Assembly (NCBI GenBank): GCA_031458695.1
Contig: JAVKJW010000010.1
Span: 1 to 64,000 of the forward strand
DNA: 64,000 bases
From: Candidatus Thermofontivivens primus
GTDB taxonomy: Bacteria; Sysuimicrobiota; Sysuimicrobiia; Sysuimicrobiales; Thermofontiviventaceae
Direction: 5' to 3'
Under the pieces are notes generated by a model. The model was not told the DNA's origin. It made no database searches and was given only the letters and a program-made list of their open reading frames with translations. A program made the translations under genes and the position numbers. Position 1 is the first letter of the stretch. Each line of letters starts with the position of its first letter. This document shows positions 19,441 through 29,459 of the stretch, piece by piece.

Positions 19441-20166
19441 ATGCGCTACCGAGCAATCTTCTTCGACGCAGGGGGAACGCTCATCGACCTTCACCCTCCT
19501 CGGGAGGTCCTCTTTACGGAGATCATGAGGGACCTTGGCTTCCTCATCTCTCCGGAGGCTTCGTTCCGCGCCTTTGACGGGGCGGAGGAGTGGTTCGAGA
19601 AACAAAGCGCGCTCTACCAGCAGGATCCCGAGAGGTTCTGGCGGGAGTGGTACGAGACCCTTCTTGTCAAGGCAGGGCTTGGGGAGAAGGCGACTGATCT
19701 TGTCCCCCTTGTGGCGCAGGAGTTCCAGCGCCGCCTTGCTTTGCGGCCAATCGACGATGTCGTGGAGACCCTGGAGCACCTGCGAAGGCTCAACTTGGTC
19801 ATCGGGGTAGTCTCCAACTGGGACAAGGCCCTCCCAGAGGTCCTCGAAAAGGCCGGGGTCTCCAGGTTCCTGGACTTCGTGATCGCCTCTGAGGCGGTAG
19901 GGGTCTCCAAGCCCGACCCTCGGATCTTCCAGATCGCCCTTGCAAAGGCAGGCGTGCCACCTGAGGGAGTTCTCCATGTCGGAGACCTCTACGAGTACGA
20001 TGTGGTCGGGGCGCGGTCGGCTGGGATCACCCCGGTGCTGATTGATCGTGCAGATCGCTATCCTCACGCCGATTGCATTCGGATTCGCCGCTTGAACGAG
20101 ATCGTCCCCCTGGTCGACTGGAACCTTCGATCGCAGGTGCGGAGTGACCCCAGCAAGATCTCCTGA
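19441..20166 (+). CDS. HAD-IA family hydrolase
   Basis: Motifs FFDAGGTL, VVSNWD, KPDPRIF, HVGD...D. Confidence 0.92.
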   Translation: MRYRAIFFDAGGTLIDLHPPREVLFTEIMRDLGFLISPEASFRAFDGAEEWFEKQSALYQQDPERFWREWYETLLVKAGLGEKATDLVPLVAQEFQRRLALRPIDDVVETLEHLRRLNLVIGVVSNWDKALPEVLEKAGVSRFLDFVIASEAVGVSKPDPRIFQIALAKAGVPPEGVLHVGDLYEYDVVGARSAGITPVLIDRADRYPHADCIRIRRLNEIVPLVDWNLRSQVRSDPSKIS

Positions 20167-20180
20167 CAAGATTTTGCTGG
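20150..20180 (+). repeat. Hairpin repeat family member spanning the HAD stop codon
   Basis: CCAGCAAGATCT-CCTGACA-AGATTTTGCTGG. Confidence 0.6.
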
Positions 20181-20243
20181 AGAGATCGCTGCTCAAGAAA
20201 GGGACCCCCGGCAGAAGTCAGAAACCTTTTGCTGGGTACTCAA

Positions 20244-20978
20244 ATGCGATACGCTGTGATTTCTGATATCCACGGGAACCTTCAAGCATTGGAGATCGTC
20301 CTCAACGATATTGCCACAAAAGGGGTCGATGCCATCCTTTGCCTTGGGGACGTGGTCGGCTATGGGCCTGATCCAAACGAGTGTATCACAACGCTCCAGA
20401 CACACCGTATCCTCACCCTCGCCGGAAATCATGACTGGGCGGTCATCGGCCGCCTCGACCTGGACTATTTCAACCCACTCGCCCGGGAGGCCATCCTCTG
20501 GACCCGCCGCGTGCTGAGCCCAGAGGGCCGCGCGTTCCTGGAATCCCTCTCCCTCGAGCATAGATTTGGGGACCTCCTCGCTGTCCACGGGAGCCCGCGC
20601 AACCCCATCGAAGAGTATGTCCTCGACGGGAACACAGCCCTGGCAAACTTCCTTTCCTCCGACTTCCAGATCTGCCTCATTGGACACTCTCACATCCCGG
20701 GGGCGTTTGTGTACACGGAGAAGGAGAAGGTCTCATTCCATCAGCTTCCCGTGGGGTCCCCCTTCCCCCTCTCCTCGGGCGCGCGGTACATTCTCAACGG
20801 AGGCAGCGTGGGTCAGCCGCGGGATGGGGATCCCCGAGCAAGCTACCTGATCCTCGATCTCACCCTGCGCACTGCCACGCTCGTGCGGCTCGACTACCCG
20901 GTCCAGCAGACGCAGCAACGAATGCTTCAAGCTGGCCTTCCCTGGCCTCTCGCCGAGCGGCTGGCTTACGGATTATGA
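20244..20978 (+). CDS. Metallophosphoesterase family protein
   Basis: Motifs SDIHGN, GDVVGYG, GNHD, GHSH, GSVGQPRD. Confidence 0.93.
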   Translation: MRYAVISDIHGNLQALEIVLNDIATKGVDAILCLGDVVGYGPDPNECITTLQTHRILTLAGNHDWAVIGRLDLDYFNPLAREAILWTRRVLSPEGRAFLESLSLEHRFGDLLAVHGSPRNPIEEYVLDGNTALANFLSSDFQICLIGHSHIPGAFVYTEKEKVSFHQLPVGSPFPLSSGARYILNGGSVGQPRDGDPRASYLILDLTLRTATLVRLDYPVQQTQQRMLQAGLPWPLAERLAYGL

Positions 20979-20996
20979 AGAAGGAGGGACTTCTGA

Positions 20997-23051
20997 ATGC
21001 CTCGGAAAATCACCGCGGAAGATCTGTTCACCTTCCGCCTCGTCGATGATCCCCAGCTCTCTCCGGACGGGAGACGTGTGGCATTCGTCGTCACCACCAT
21101 CGACCCGAATGCCAATGCCTACCGGTCACATATCTGGGTTGCCACAAACGGGGAGATCCGGCCATTCACTTCTGGTCCGCACCGCGACACGAGTCCCCGC
21201 TGGTCCCCGGACGGCCGGTTCCTCGCATTCCTCTCCGACCGGACTGGACACAAGCAGATTTGGATCATCCCCAGCGATGGCGGTGAGGCCCGCCAGCTCA
21301 CCAACCAGGGCCCTGTGGTCTCTGAACCAGTCTGGTCCCCGAACGGTCAGGAGATCGCCTATATCGCCAAGGTCGGGGAAGCCATAAAGGACGATGAGGT
21401 CCGCGTGATCACCCGCCTGAAGTATAAGGCCGACGGGGAAGGTCTCTGGGACGGCCGGTGGAAACACCTCTTCGTCATCCCCGCCGCAGGTGGAGAGGCG
21501 AGACAGCTCACGGAGGGGGAGTATGATCACCAGTACCCCTCCTGGTCCCCTGATGGACGCTGGATCGCTGTGATTGCTAACCGGTCCCCCGATGCGGACA
21601 GGACCAACGTAGCGGACGTGTGGGTGGTGGACCCCGCCACAGGCCAGCTCAGGTGTCTTACCGCGAGTAAGGGTCCAGCATCTGCCCCTTCCTGGTCACC
21701 AGACGGGGCATGGATTGCCTATCTTGGCCACGACAACGCGTACATGGGTGCCACGAACACTGGCGTGTGGGCCGTCCCCTTGGACGGCAGAGAACCCATC
21801 TGCCTCACAGCAGGGTTTGACCGGTCAGCTGGGCATGCCCTTCTGGGCGACATGCGTGCGCATCCCGTGCCAGGAAGGCCTACCTGGACCCTGGATGGAA
21901 ACTGGGTTATCATCACCGTTACCCATGGAGGGACAAGCCAACTGTGCGCCGTCCCAGGCCCTGCAACCGAGGGAAAGGAAGTACGCTTCCTGACCAGCGG
22001 GCAGTGGGACATCTACGGGTTTAGCTTCGACGGAGCAAGGAAGAAGGTCTCCCTTGCCATCTCCGACCCAGTGACCCCCGGGGAGCTCTGGGAAGCCGAG
22101 GTGCAGGAAGGAAGAGAGGGGATCCGCCTCGGGGAGCTCCGCAGGCTAACCCACCTCAACGCCCATCTGGGGGAGGAAATCGTCGTCGTCGCGCCAGAGC
22201 GGTTCACCTTTGAAGGCGCCGATGGCTGGCCCATTGAGGGGTGGCTCCTGAAACCTCCGGATTTCCAGCCAGGAAGGAAGTACCCAGCGATCCTCCAAAT
22301 CCACGGGGGGCCCCACGCAGCATACGGGTACACGTTCTTCCATGAGTTCCAGGTCCTGGCAGCAGAGGGCTACGTCGTTTTCTACATGAACCCTCGGGGG
22401 AGCCAGGGATATGGTCAGAAGTTTGCTGCAGCCACCCACCACGACTGGGGAGGAAAAGACTTCGAGGACCTGATGCGGGGTGTGGACTACATCCTGGAGA
22501 CCTTCGACTTCGTGGATCCCAATCGCCTGGGGGTGGCTGGAGGAAGCTATGGAGGGTTCATGACCAATTGGATCATCGGGCACACCTCCCGCTTCCGCGC
22601 TGCCGTCACGATGCGGAGCATCTCCAACCACCTCAGCCAGTGGGGGACGAGCGATCTAGCCTATTTCAAGGGGTATTGGGAGTTCCCTGGTGACCCCTGG
22701 GAAAACCCCCAGTTCTACCTGGAGCGATCTCCCCTCATGTACGTGCAGAACATCACAACCCCCCTCCTCATCCTCCATAGCGAGCAAGACCTCAGGTGCC
22801 CCATCGGAGAGGCAGAACAACTCTTCGTTGCCTTGAAGAAGCTGGGACGCGAGGTTGTCTTTGTCCGCTTCCCCCAGGAGAGTCACGACCTTTCCCGGAG
22901 TGGCCAGCCAAAGCGGCGTCTCATCCGCCTGGAGTGGATCCTGAGGTGGTTCTCCACACATCTCGGGGGAGTCCCGGTGGAGTCCAGAACCGCTGCAGAA
23001 GAGATGGGTGCTCCAGCTATCGAGACCGATTCGCATGATCGTGGAGGGTGA
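20997..23051 (+). CDS. S9 family peptidase (acylaminoacyl-peptidase-like)
   Basis: Beta-propeller WSPDG repeats, HGGP, GGSYGG nucleophile, D..C, ESH. Confidence 0.95.
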   Translation: MPRKITAEDLFTFRLVDDPQLSPDGRRVAFVVTTIDPNANAYRSHIWVATNGEIRPFTSGPHRDTSPRWSPDGRFLAFLSDRTGHKQIWIIPSDGGEARQLTNQGPVVSEPVWSPNGQEIAYIAKVGEAIKDDEVRVITRLKYKADGEGLWDGRWKHLFVIPAAGGEARQLTEGEYDHQYPSWSPDGRWIAVIANRSPDADRTNVADVWVVDPATGQLRCLTASKGPASAPSWSPDGAWIAYLGHDNAYMGATNTGVWAVPLDGREPICLTAGFDRSAGHALLGDMRAHPVPGRPTWTLDGNWVIITVTHGGTSQLCAVPGPATEGKEVRFLTSGQWDIYGFSFDGARKKVSLAISDPVTPGELWEAEVQEGREGIRLGELRRLTHLNAHLGEEIVVVAPERFTFEGADGWPIEGWLLKPPDFQPGRKYPAILQIHGGPHAAYGYTFFHEFQVLAAEGYVVFYMNPRGSQGYGQKFAAATHHDWGGKDFEDLMRGVDYILETFDFVDPNRLGVAGGSYGGFMTNWIIGHTSRFRAAVTMRSISNHLSQWGTSDLAYFKGYWEFPGDPWENPQFYLERSPLMYVQNITTPLLILHSEQDLRCPIGEAEQLFVALKKLGREVVFVRFPQESHDLSRSGQPKRRLIRLEWILRWFSTHLGGVPVESRTAAEEMGAPAIETDSHDRGG

Positions 23052-23125
23052 GGGAAGGTCCAGAACAAACTACGTGTGGATTTGGCAGACTAGCTCAGAG
23101 GCCGGAATGGAGGGTGAGAGGAACA

Positions 23126-23686
23126 ATGGGGAGGATCTACACACGAACAGGGGATGCTGGTGAGACGAGTTTGTTTGGAGGGAGACGGGTTCCCAAGGAC
23201 GATTTGCGGGTGGAGGCGTACGGTACCGTAGACGAGCTGGGAAGCTTCCTCGGTCTCGCCAGAGCACACCTCGAGCAGGACCGCGATGTGGCCGAAGTAC
23301 TCCTGGAGATCCAGCGGGAGCTCTTCGCCCTTGGGGCTGAGCTGGCCAGCCCGGGACCTCCCATGGAAGCCACGAAACCCACAGGAGTCACCGCGGACCG
23401 GGTGAAGTGGTTAGAGGAGACCATTGACCGGTTCCATGCGGAACTCCCGCCTCTCCAGCTGTTCGTCCTAGCGGGAGGGCCTGGAGCACTCCTCCACGTC
23501 GCCCGTACTGTCGCCAGAAGGGCAGAACGGCGGATCGTCGCGCTCCACCGCCGAGAGCCCTTGAACCCAGAACTCCTCCGCTACATCAACCGCCTCTCCG
23601 ACCTCCTCTTCGTCCTCGCCAGGGTGGTCAACCACCGCCACGGAGAGACGGAGGTTGTTTGGGAGCGGAGGAGAGAGCATCGATGA
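23126..23686 (+). CDS. pduO: PduO-type cob(I)alamin adenosyltransferase
   Basis: Motifs IYTRTGD.G.T, AYGTVDE, RRAER, NRLSD. Confidence 0.93.
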   Translation: MGRIYTRTGDAGETSLFGGRRVPKDDLRVEAYGTVDELGSFLGLARAHLEQDRDVAEVLLEIQRELFALGAELASPGPPMEATKPTGVTADRVKWLEETIDRFHAELPPLQLFVLAGGPGALLHVARTVARRAERRIVALHRREPLNPELLRYINRLSDLLFVLARVVNHRHGETEVVWERRREHR

Positions 23687-23710
23687 ACGCTTGTGAGGAG
23701 GCCTCGCCTG

Positions 23711-24730
23711 ATGAAGGTAGATGCGCATCTCGCCACGAAGGACCTCCGGTCGATCCCGGAGATGGCAAAGGCTGCGGAGTCGTGTGGATTCGACGGCTTG
23801 CTGACAAGCGAAACCGCCCACGATCCATTCCTCCCTCTTGCCCTGGCTGCAGAGCATACATCGCGGATCCAGCTCGGTACAGCCATCGCCGTTGCTTTCG
23901 CCCGCAGCCCTGTGGTGGTTGCACACACCGCATGGGATCTCGCGGCCCTTTCCGGCGGCCGGTTCCTCCTGGGCCTGGGGACTCAGGTGAAGGCGCACAT
24001 TGAGCGCCGTTTCAGCATGCCTTGGGGACCGCCCGTACCCCGGCTTCGCGAGTATGTCCAAGCTCTGCGAGCGGTCTGGCGGACTTGGCAGGAAGAGGTC
24101 CCCCTCAACTTCCGGGGGAGGTTTTACACTCACACCTTGATGACTCCTTTTTTCAGCCCCTCCCCCCTTGCACACCCTCGGATCCCCGTGTTCATTGCCG
24201 GGGTGAACACCGGGCTCTGTCGACTTGCGGGGGAGCTCTGCGATGGCTTCTTCGTGCACCCTCTCCATACCCCCCGTTACTTGCACCACGTAGTCCTCCC
24301 CGCTATCGGATCAGGACTTGCACGGGCGGGGCGGTCTCGTGCAGAGATTGAGATTGCTGTCAGCTGCTTCGTGGCCACCGGCCGACCAGGAGCAGAGAGG
24401 GAGGAGGCCATCAACTCCGTGAAGCGCCAGATCGCGTTCTACGCATCCACACCCTCCTATCGCATCGTCCTCGAGGTACACGGATGGCAAGAGATCGGGG
24501 AAAGGCTCCAGCAGATGGCCAGATACGGCCAATGGCGGGAGATGGGAACGTTGGTCACGGATGAGATGTTGGAGGCCTTTGCGGTGGTCGGTCCCGAAGA
24601 GGAGATCCCCTCCTTGCTGCGCGCCCGCTACGATGGGCTCGCCGACCGCATCTCGTGGTACCGGGAGTTCTCCCCAGAGGATGCGCCTCGCTGGCGCAAG
24701 GCTGTGGAGATATTGAAGGGCATCGCTTGA
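23711..24730 (+). CDS. LLM-class F420-dependent oxidoreductase (TIGR03617-like)
   Basis: Motifs ETAHDPF, AFARSP, LGLGTQVKAHIERRF, IAFYASTP.Y. Confidence 0.88.
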   Translation: MKVDAHLATKDLRSIPEMAKAAESCGFDGLLTSETAHDPFLPLALAAEHTSRIQLGTAIAVAFARSPVVVAHTAWDLAALSGGRFLLGLGTQVKAHIERRFSMPWGPPVPRLREYVQALRAVWRTWQEEVPLNFRGRFYTHTLMTPFFSPSPLAHPRIPVFIAGVNTGLCRLAGELCDGFFVHPLHTPRYLHHVVLPAIGSGLARAGRSRAEIEIAVSCFVATGRPGAEREEAINSVKRQIAFYASTPSYRIVLEVHGWQEIGERLQQMARYGQWREMGTLVTDEMLEAFAVVGPEEEIPSLLRARYDGLADRISWYREFSPEDAPRWRKAVEILKGIA

Positions 24731-24828
24731 TCGGCTTTCCAGAGCAGCGCTAGAATAAGCTAGAGGTTGCCAAACAATCGGGCAACAGAAAAACCGTGTG
24801 ACAAGGTGCGTACAGGAGCGTTTTCCCC

Positions 24829-25824
24829 ATGGAGCCAGGGGCAATCTCCGCATTTACAATTCCCTCGCGGGATTTCACGCCTGCTTACCTTCACCTTGGG
24901 GCGAGGGAGCTGCGGCGCAGAGCGGAGGAGGCACTTTCCCTCCTGGAGAGCTGCAGCGTATGCCCTAGGAATTGCCGGGTAAACCGGCTGGAGGACAAGT
25001 GGGCGGTCTGCAAGACCGGGCGGTATGCTGTCGTCAGCAGCTTCTTCCCGCACTTCGGGGAGGAGGACTGCCTCCGGGGCTGGAACGGGAGTGGGACGAT
25101 CTTCTTTTCATGGTGCAACTTAAAGTGTGTGTTCTGTCAGAACTGGAGCATCAGCCATCTCGGCGAAGGAAGAGCTGTCACCCCGGAGCAGCTCGCGCGG
25201 ATGATGGTCTACCTCCAAGAGCAAGGTTGCCACAACATCAACCTGGTGACCCCGGAGCACGTGGTTCCGCAGATCCTTGAGGCCCTCCCCATCGCCGTGG
25301 AGATGGGCCTCCGCCTGCCCATCGTCTATAACACAAGCGCTTATGACTCCCTCGATAGCCTGCGTCTCCTTGATGGGATCGTGGACATCTACATGCCCGA
25401 CTTCAAATTCTGGGACCGGGAGCTAGCCAGGAAGTACCTGAAGGCACCTGATTACCCTGAGGTGGCAAAGCGCGTCATCAAAGAGATGCACCGACAGGTG
25501 GGTCCACTGGTCATGGATGAACATGGCCTGGCCAAGAGAGGTGTGCTGGTCCGCCACCTTGTGATGCCAGGTGGCATCGCCGGGACTCGAGAGATTATGC
25601 AGTTTCTCGCCAAGGAGGTCTCGCCACACACCTACGTCAACATCATGGACCAATACTACCCCGCGGGAAAGGTCTCGGAGAAGGAATACAGCGAGATCAA
25701 CCGACGCATCACCAGGAGCGAGTACGAAGAAGCCCTCGCAGCCGCAAGGGAGGCCGGTCTCTACCGCTTTGACACCCGCGGGTTGGTCGGTCCTCGCCTG
25801 CGTCTCCTGTGGCTCCCAGACTAA
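24829..25824 (+). CDS. Radical SAM protein, PflX-like
   Basis: CNLKCVFCQN (CxxxCxxC), N-terminal CSVCPRNC, HFGEE, VRHLVMPG. Confidence 0.9.
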   Translation: MEPGAISAFTIPSRDFTPAYLHLGARELRRRAEEALSLLESCSVCPRNCRVNRLEDKWAVCKTGRYAVVSSFFPHFGEEDCLRGWNGSGTIFFSWCNLKCVFCQNWSISHLGEGRAVTPEQLARMMVYLQEQGCHNINLVTPEHVVPQILEALPIAVEMGLRLPIVYNTSAYDSLDSLRLLDGIVDIYMPDFKFWDRELARKYLKAPDYPEVAKRVIKEMHRQVGPLVMDEHGLAKRGVLVRHLVMPGGIAGTREIMQFLAKEVSPHTYVNIMDQYYPAGKVSEKEYSEINRRITRSEYEEALAAAREAGLYRFDTRGLVGPRLRLLWLPD

Positions 25825-26016
25825 GTTACCCCTATAAGAAATCCACAGGATGTTTGTAGGGATGCCGGGCTAAGCGAGATCCCTCAGTTTAGCGTACCAT
25901 GCATAGGGTAGTATGGCCGTTTCTAGAACAGCGCCTCAATTCAGCCACGCTCCCAAGCGAAACCTTGTCCAATGCGCTCGCTCGGCTACTTCCATTCCAA
26001 GGGAGGGGGGTTCCTC

Positions 26017-26487
26017 GTGACGGGCGAACGGCAAATCCTGGCAATCTTCCGCACACTCTCCAGGGAATCCCAAAAATCCTTGCTCGCGATTGCTGAAGCG
26101 ATGAGCGAGGCAGAGGCAAACAGCCGATTGCCTGGGTTGAAGGACCTGCTAGGCTTCTCCAGTTCGGCGTCCGGGGGATTCGCGGAGGTTGCCATGGAGC
26201 TCCGGACCCCATTCCTGAACCGAAGAGGAGTAGCGCATGGAGGAGTGATCTGTTCCCTTCTTGATGAAGCCATTGGCATGGCCGTTCACTCCGTGCTCCC
26301 TGTCGAGGGGCGCGCGGTGACAGCGCAACTCAACGCGCACTTCCTCAACCCTGCCCCGCCAGGGACCCTCCTCGCCAGAGCGCATGTGATCCGTGCGGGG
26401 AAACGGATCATCGTCGGAGAGGGGGAAGTGCACCGCGAGGGAGGGGATCTCGTTGCAAAGGGGACAGGGATCTGGGTAGTGATCTGA
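26017..26487 (+). CDS. PaaI family thioesterase
   Basis: N..GVAHGG....LDEA hot-dog motif. SD before GTG at 26017. Confidence 0.88.
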   Translation: MTGERQILAIFRTLSRESQKSLLAIAEAMSEAEANSRLPGLKDLLGFSSSASGGFAEVAMELRTPFLNRRGVAHGGVICSLLDEAIGMAVHSVLPVEGRAVTAQLNAHFLNPAPPGTLLARAHVIRAGKRIIVGEGEVHREGGDLVAKGTGIWVVI

Positions 26488-26522
26488 ATACAATAAACCC
26501 ACTATCCCGGGGACCCATCACG

Positions 26523-26600
26523 TGGTGGCCCCAAGGGGATTCGAACCCCTGTCTCGGCCTTGAGAGGGCCGCGTCCTAGGCCTGGCTAGACGATGGGGCC
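26523..26600 (-). tRNA. tRNA-Glu (CTC)
   Basis: Reverse complement GGCCCCATCGTCTAGCCAGGCCTAGGACGCGGCCCTCTCAAGGCCGAGACAGGGGTTCGAATCCCCTTGGGGCCACCA. Confidence 0.97.
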
Positions 26601-26646
26601 ACATTCTTCCGTTGCTCTAGCAAAGGACCGTTTCCGGGAACTTCCA

Positions 26647-27180
26647 TTAGGCTTGCACCGGTACCTCGGTCAATGCCTTGATGATCTCCCTGCAGAAGGC
26701 GGGCAGGTCGTCGGGGACTCGAGAAGTGATCAGGTTCCCATCCCGAACGACCTCCTGATCCACCCAGGTCGCACCGGCGTTGATGACATCGTCCTTGACG
26801 GACCAAAAGCTCGTCATGGTCTTTCCACGCACAATGCCCGCGGAGATCGGCACCCAGGCTGCGTGGCAGATCGCCGCCACCACCTTCCCTCGTTCGTACA
26901 TCTCCCGCACAAAGGAGAGGAGCTTTTCATGGCGGCGCATGTAGTCAGGGGCGTATCCTCCGGGAATGACAACAGCATCGAAGTCTGAGGCCTTCACTTC
27001 CTCGATACTCAGATCTACCTTCACGGGGTATCCGGACTTGCTCTTGTACTCTTCCCTCTTTGGACCAACGATTTTAACCTCTGCCCCCGCCTCCCGAAAC
27101 CGCAGGACTGGGTACCACAGCTCGAGCTCCTGGTAAAGGTTCTCGGCGAGGACTGCGACCCGCTTGCCTTTGAGCTCCAT
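26647..27180 (-). CDS. PfpI/DJ-1 family protein
   Basis: Motifs ELELWYP, IPGG, AICHA, SR.PDDL. Confidence 0.93.
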   Translation of the reverse strand: MELKGKRVAVLAENLYQELELWYPVLRFREAGAEVKIVGPKREEYKSKSGYPVKVDLSIEEVKASDFDAVVIPGGYAPDYMRRHEKLLSFVREMYERGKVVAAICHAAWVPISAGIVRGKTMTSFWSVKDDVINAGATWVDQEVVRDGNLITSRVPDDLPAFCREIIKALTEVPVQA

Positions 27181-27359
27181 CCCCTACCCCCCTCCTGATC
27201 ACCTCATGGACCCAAAAATCCCTTTCCAAGTATACTGGAGCGGGCAGGAGGCGTCAACGGCGCAGGGGACTCCGCTCTGGGACGCGAATGTGAAGCACCA
27301 GTAACGATACTCCTCTGCAACAACGAAAGATTATGGGGAGGGAAAGGAAGGAAAGGGTG

Positions 27360-28547
27360 ATGCTCAGAGAATCGGAGATCGTCATCATTGGCGGGGGAGT
27401 CCATGGGACGAGCGCTGCTTATCACCTGGCCAAAGCCAGCAAACAGGTCGTCCTTTTGGAGAGGCGTTCGATCGCATCTGCTGCTTCCGGTGCATCTGGC
27501 GGGATCATCCGGTGTCATTACTCCAACGAATCCATGGTCAGGCTCGCCCACCGCGCAGCACAGCGTTGGCCAGAACTAGAAAGTGAGCTCGGCCAACCTG
27601 TGGACTATGTGCGCAATGGACTCATCGTCGCCGTAGCGGCTGAAGATGCTGGAACGATGCAGGAGATCGTTCGCATGCACCAGCGTGTCGGTGTAGAAAC
27701 CGAGGTCATCCCCCCTGAGGCGATCCGCCGTTGGATCCCAGAGTTCCACATCGATGGGATAGCCCTCGCGACGTACGAGGCGGAAGCAGGGTACGCTGAT
27801 CCTTATTCAGCGGCCGTTGCCTTCGCACGAAAGGCAAGGGAGCTCGGAGCTGAAATCTCCACAGACACCAAGGTGACGGCCATTGAGGCAGAGGGAACCA
27901 CTTCCTGGAAGGTTGTCACAGACAAGGGTACGATCCGAACCCCTCTTGTGATCAACTGCGCGGGAGCTTGGGCCGGAGAGATCGCCCGCATGATCGGTAT
28001 CGAGATCCCTGTGACCCCGGGCCTCCTGCAGATGGTGGCATTTGACCCGAAGTACCCAGGGTGGCACCGGTACAGCCCAACCTGGCTGGATATGACCACA
28101 ATGACCTATTGCCGCCCCGATAGCGCGGGTTTGATGCTGGCAGGAGGAGGCCTCAGCGAGAACGCTGCCATGGAGAACCCAGAGGTAGACCCGGACAACT
28201 ACCCCGCGAGGCCTCCTGTGGTGTTCGAGGCAGAGATCTATGAAAACCTAGCCCGGCGCTGCCCATGGGCACAGGGGATGTCCCGCGTCCGCTCCTGGGC
28301 AGGTCCAGACGGGAACAGCCCCGATTTCCACCTCATCTTCGGCCCCGTCCCCGGGGTACGAGGCTACCTGCACATCGTAGGAGGAAGCGGGAACTCCTTT
28401 AAGCTCTGCCCAGCCACGGGGGAGGCCATCGCCGAATACGTGACAACTGGCCGGTGCACTTACCTGGACTTGAACTCCTTCAGCATCACGCGCTTTCAAG
28501 AAGGCCGCCCCTTCCGGGGGAAGTACCGGATGCATATCATCGGGTGA
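27360..28547 (+). CDS. FAD-dependent oxidoreductase (DAO / sarcosine oxidase beta-like)
   Basis: Motifs IIGGGVHG.S.AY.LA, NCAGAW, GSGNSFKL.P..G. Confidence 0.9.
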   Translation: MLRESEIVIIGGGVHGTSAAYHLAKASKQVVLLERRSIASAASGASGGIIRCHYSNESMVRLAHRAAQRWPELESELGQPVDYVRNGLIVAVAAEDAGTMQEIVRMHQRVGVETEVIPPEAIRRWIPEFHIDGIALATYEAEAGYADPYSAAVAFARKARELGAEISTDTKVTAIEAEGTTSWKVVTDKGTIRTPLVINCAGAWAGEIARMIGIEIPVTPGLLQMVAFDPKYPGWHRYSPTWLDMTTMTYCRPDSAGLMLAGGGLSENAAMENPEVDPDNYPARPPVVFEAEIYENLARRCPWAQGMSRVRSWAGPDGNSPDFHLIFGPVPGVRGYLHIVGGSGNSFKLCPATGEAIAEYVTTGRCTYLDLNSFSITRFQEGRPFRGKYRMHIIG

Positions 28548-28550
28548 AGG

Positions 28551-29459
28551 ATGAGGTCGGCCGGTCAAAGCGAGGCCGTGGCCGGTTATTTCTTCGTCCT
28601 CTCCGCTGCAGTCCTCTGGGGAAGCCTGGGGGTAGCGGGGAAAGTGGCCTTTGCTTCTGGCGTCCACCCCCTGGAAGCGGCGTTCTACCGGGCGGCCTTC
28701 TCTGCAGTGGGGCTGCTTGCTTTTACCTTCCTCGTGGACCGTTCTTCCCTCCGCGTCCACACCCGTGACCTCCCCCTTTTCCTTGCTTTTGGATTGGTCA
28801 GCATCGCTGGGTTTTTCGCCGTCTACCTTTACGCCATCAAGCTGACAACTGTCGCCATGGCAGCCATCCTGCTCTATACCGCTCCAGTATTTGTCGCCGC
28901 GCTCTCTAGGCTCTTCTTTAGGGAGGCTATCACCAGGACGAAGACATTGAGCTTGCTCATCGCCTTTCTCGGGTGCATCCTCGTGGCTCGCGGGTACGAC
29001 CCTGCCTCCTTGCGGCTGACCCTGCAAGGGACACTCGCGGGGATCGGCTCCGGGATCACCTATGCATTCTACAGCATCTTTGGTAAGGCCGCCCTCCGGC
29101 GCTACAGCATCCTTACCACGCTCACCTACGCCATGGGGGTTGGTGCAATCGCCCTCGGTCTCCTAGGTCTCCAGCAAGATGCCATTCACGTTGGACACAG
29201 TATCCGGGCCTGGGCTGCACTCGTGTACCTCGCCCTTGTTACAACCCTCCTTGCCCAAAGCCTCTACCTCGCCGGCCTCCGGCGGATTCAGGCCAGCAAG
29301 GCCAGCATCGTGGCAACGATCGAACCAGTTGTCGCGGGAGTTCTTGGGTTCTTCCTCCTCGGGGAGAGCCTGGAGCTCCCCCAGATCGTGGGAGGACTCC
29401 TCATCCTTGCGGCTGTCCTGGCGGTCCACTTGGGAGATCGCGCATCCGGGGAAGCGTGA
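28551..29459 (+). CDS. EamA/DMT family transporter
   Basis: 10 TM. Motifs LYTAPVFV and IEPVVA..LGE. Confidence 0.92.
   Translation: MRSAGQSEAVAGYFFVLSAAVLWGSLGVAGKVAFASGVHPLEAAFYRAAFSAVGLLAFTFLVDRSSLRVHTRDLPLFLAFGLVSIAGFFAVYLYAIKLTTVAMAAILLYTAPVFVAALSRLFFREAITRTKTLSLLIAFLGCILVARGYDPASLRLTLQGTLAGIGSGITYAFYSIFGKAALRRYSILTTLTYAMGVGAIALGLLGLQQDAIHVGHSIRAWAALVYLALVTTLLAQSLYLAGLRRIQASKASIVATIEPVVAGVLGFFLLGESLELPQIVGGLLILAAVLAVHLGDRASGEA

Noticed and set aside
2615..26600. Two same-strand tRNA-Glu genes as direct repeats bounding a genomic island
   Set aside because: Both are complete, different isoacceptors (TTC and CTC). The enclosed DNA is core genes and there is no integrase.
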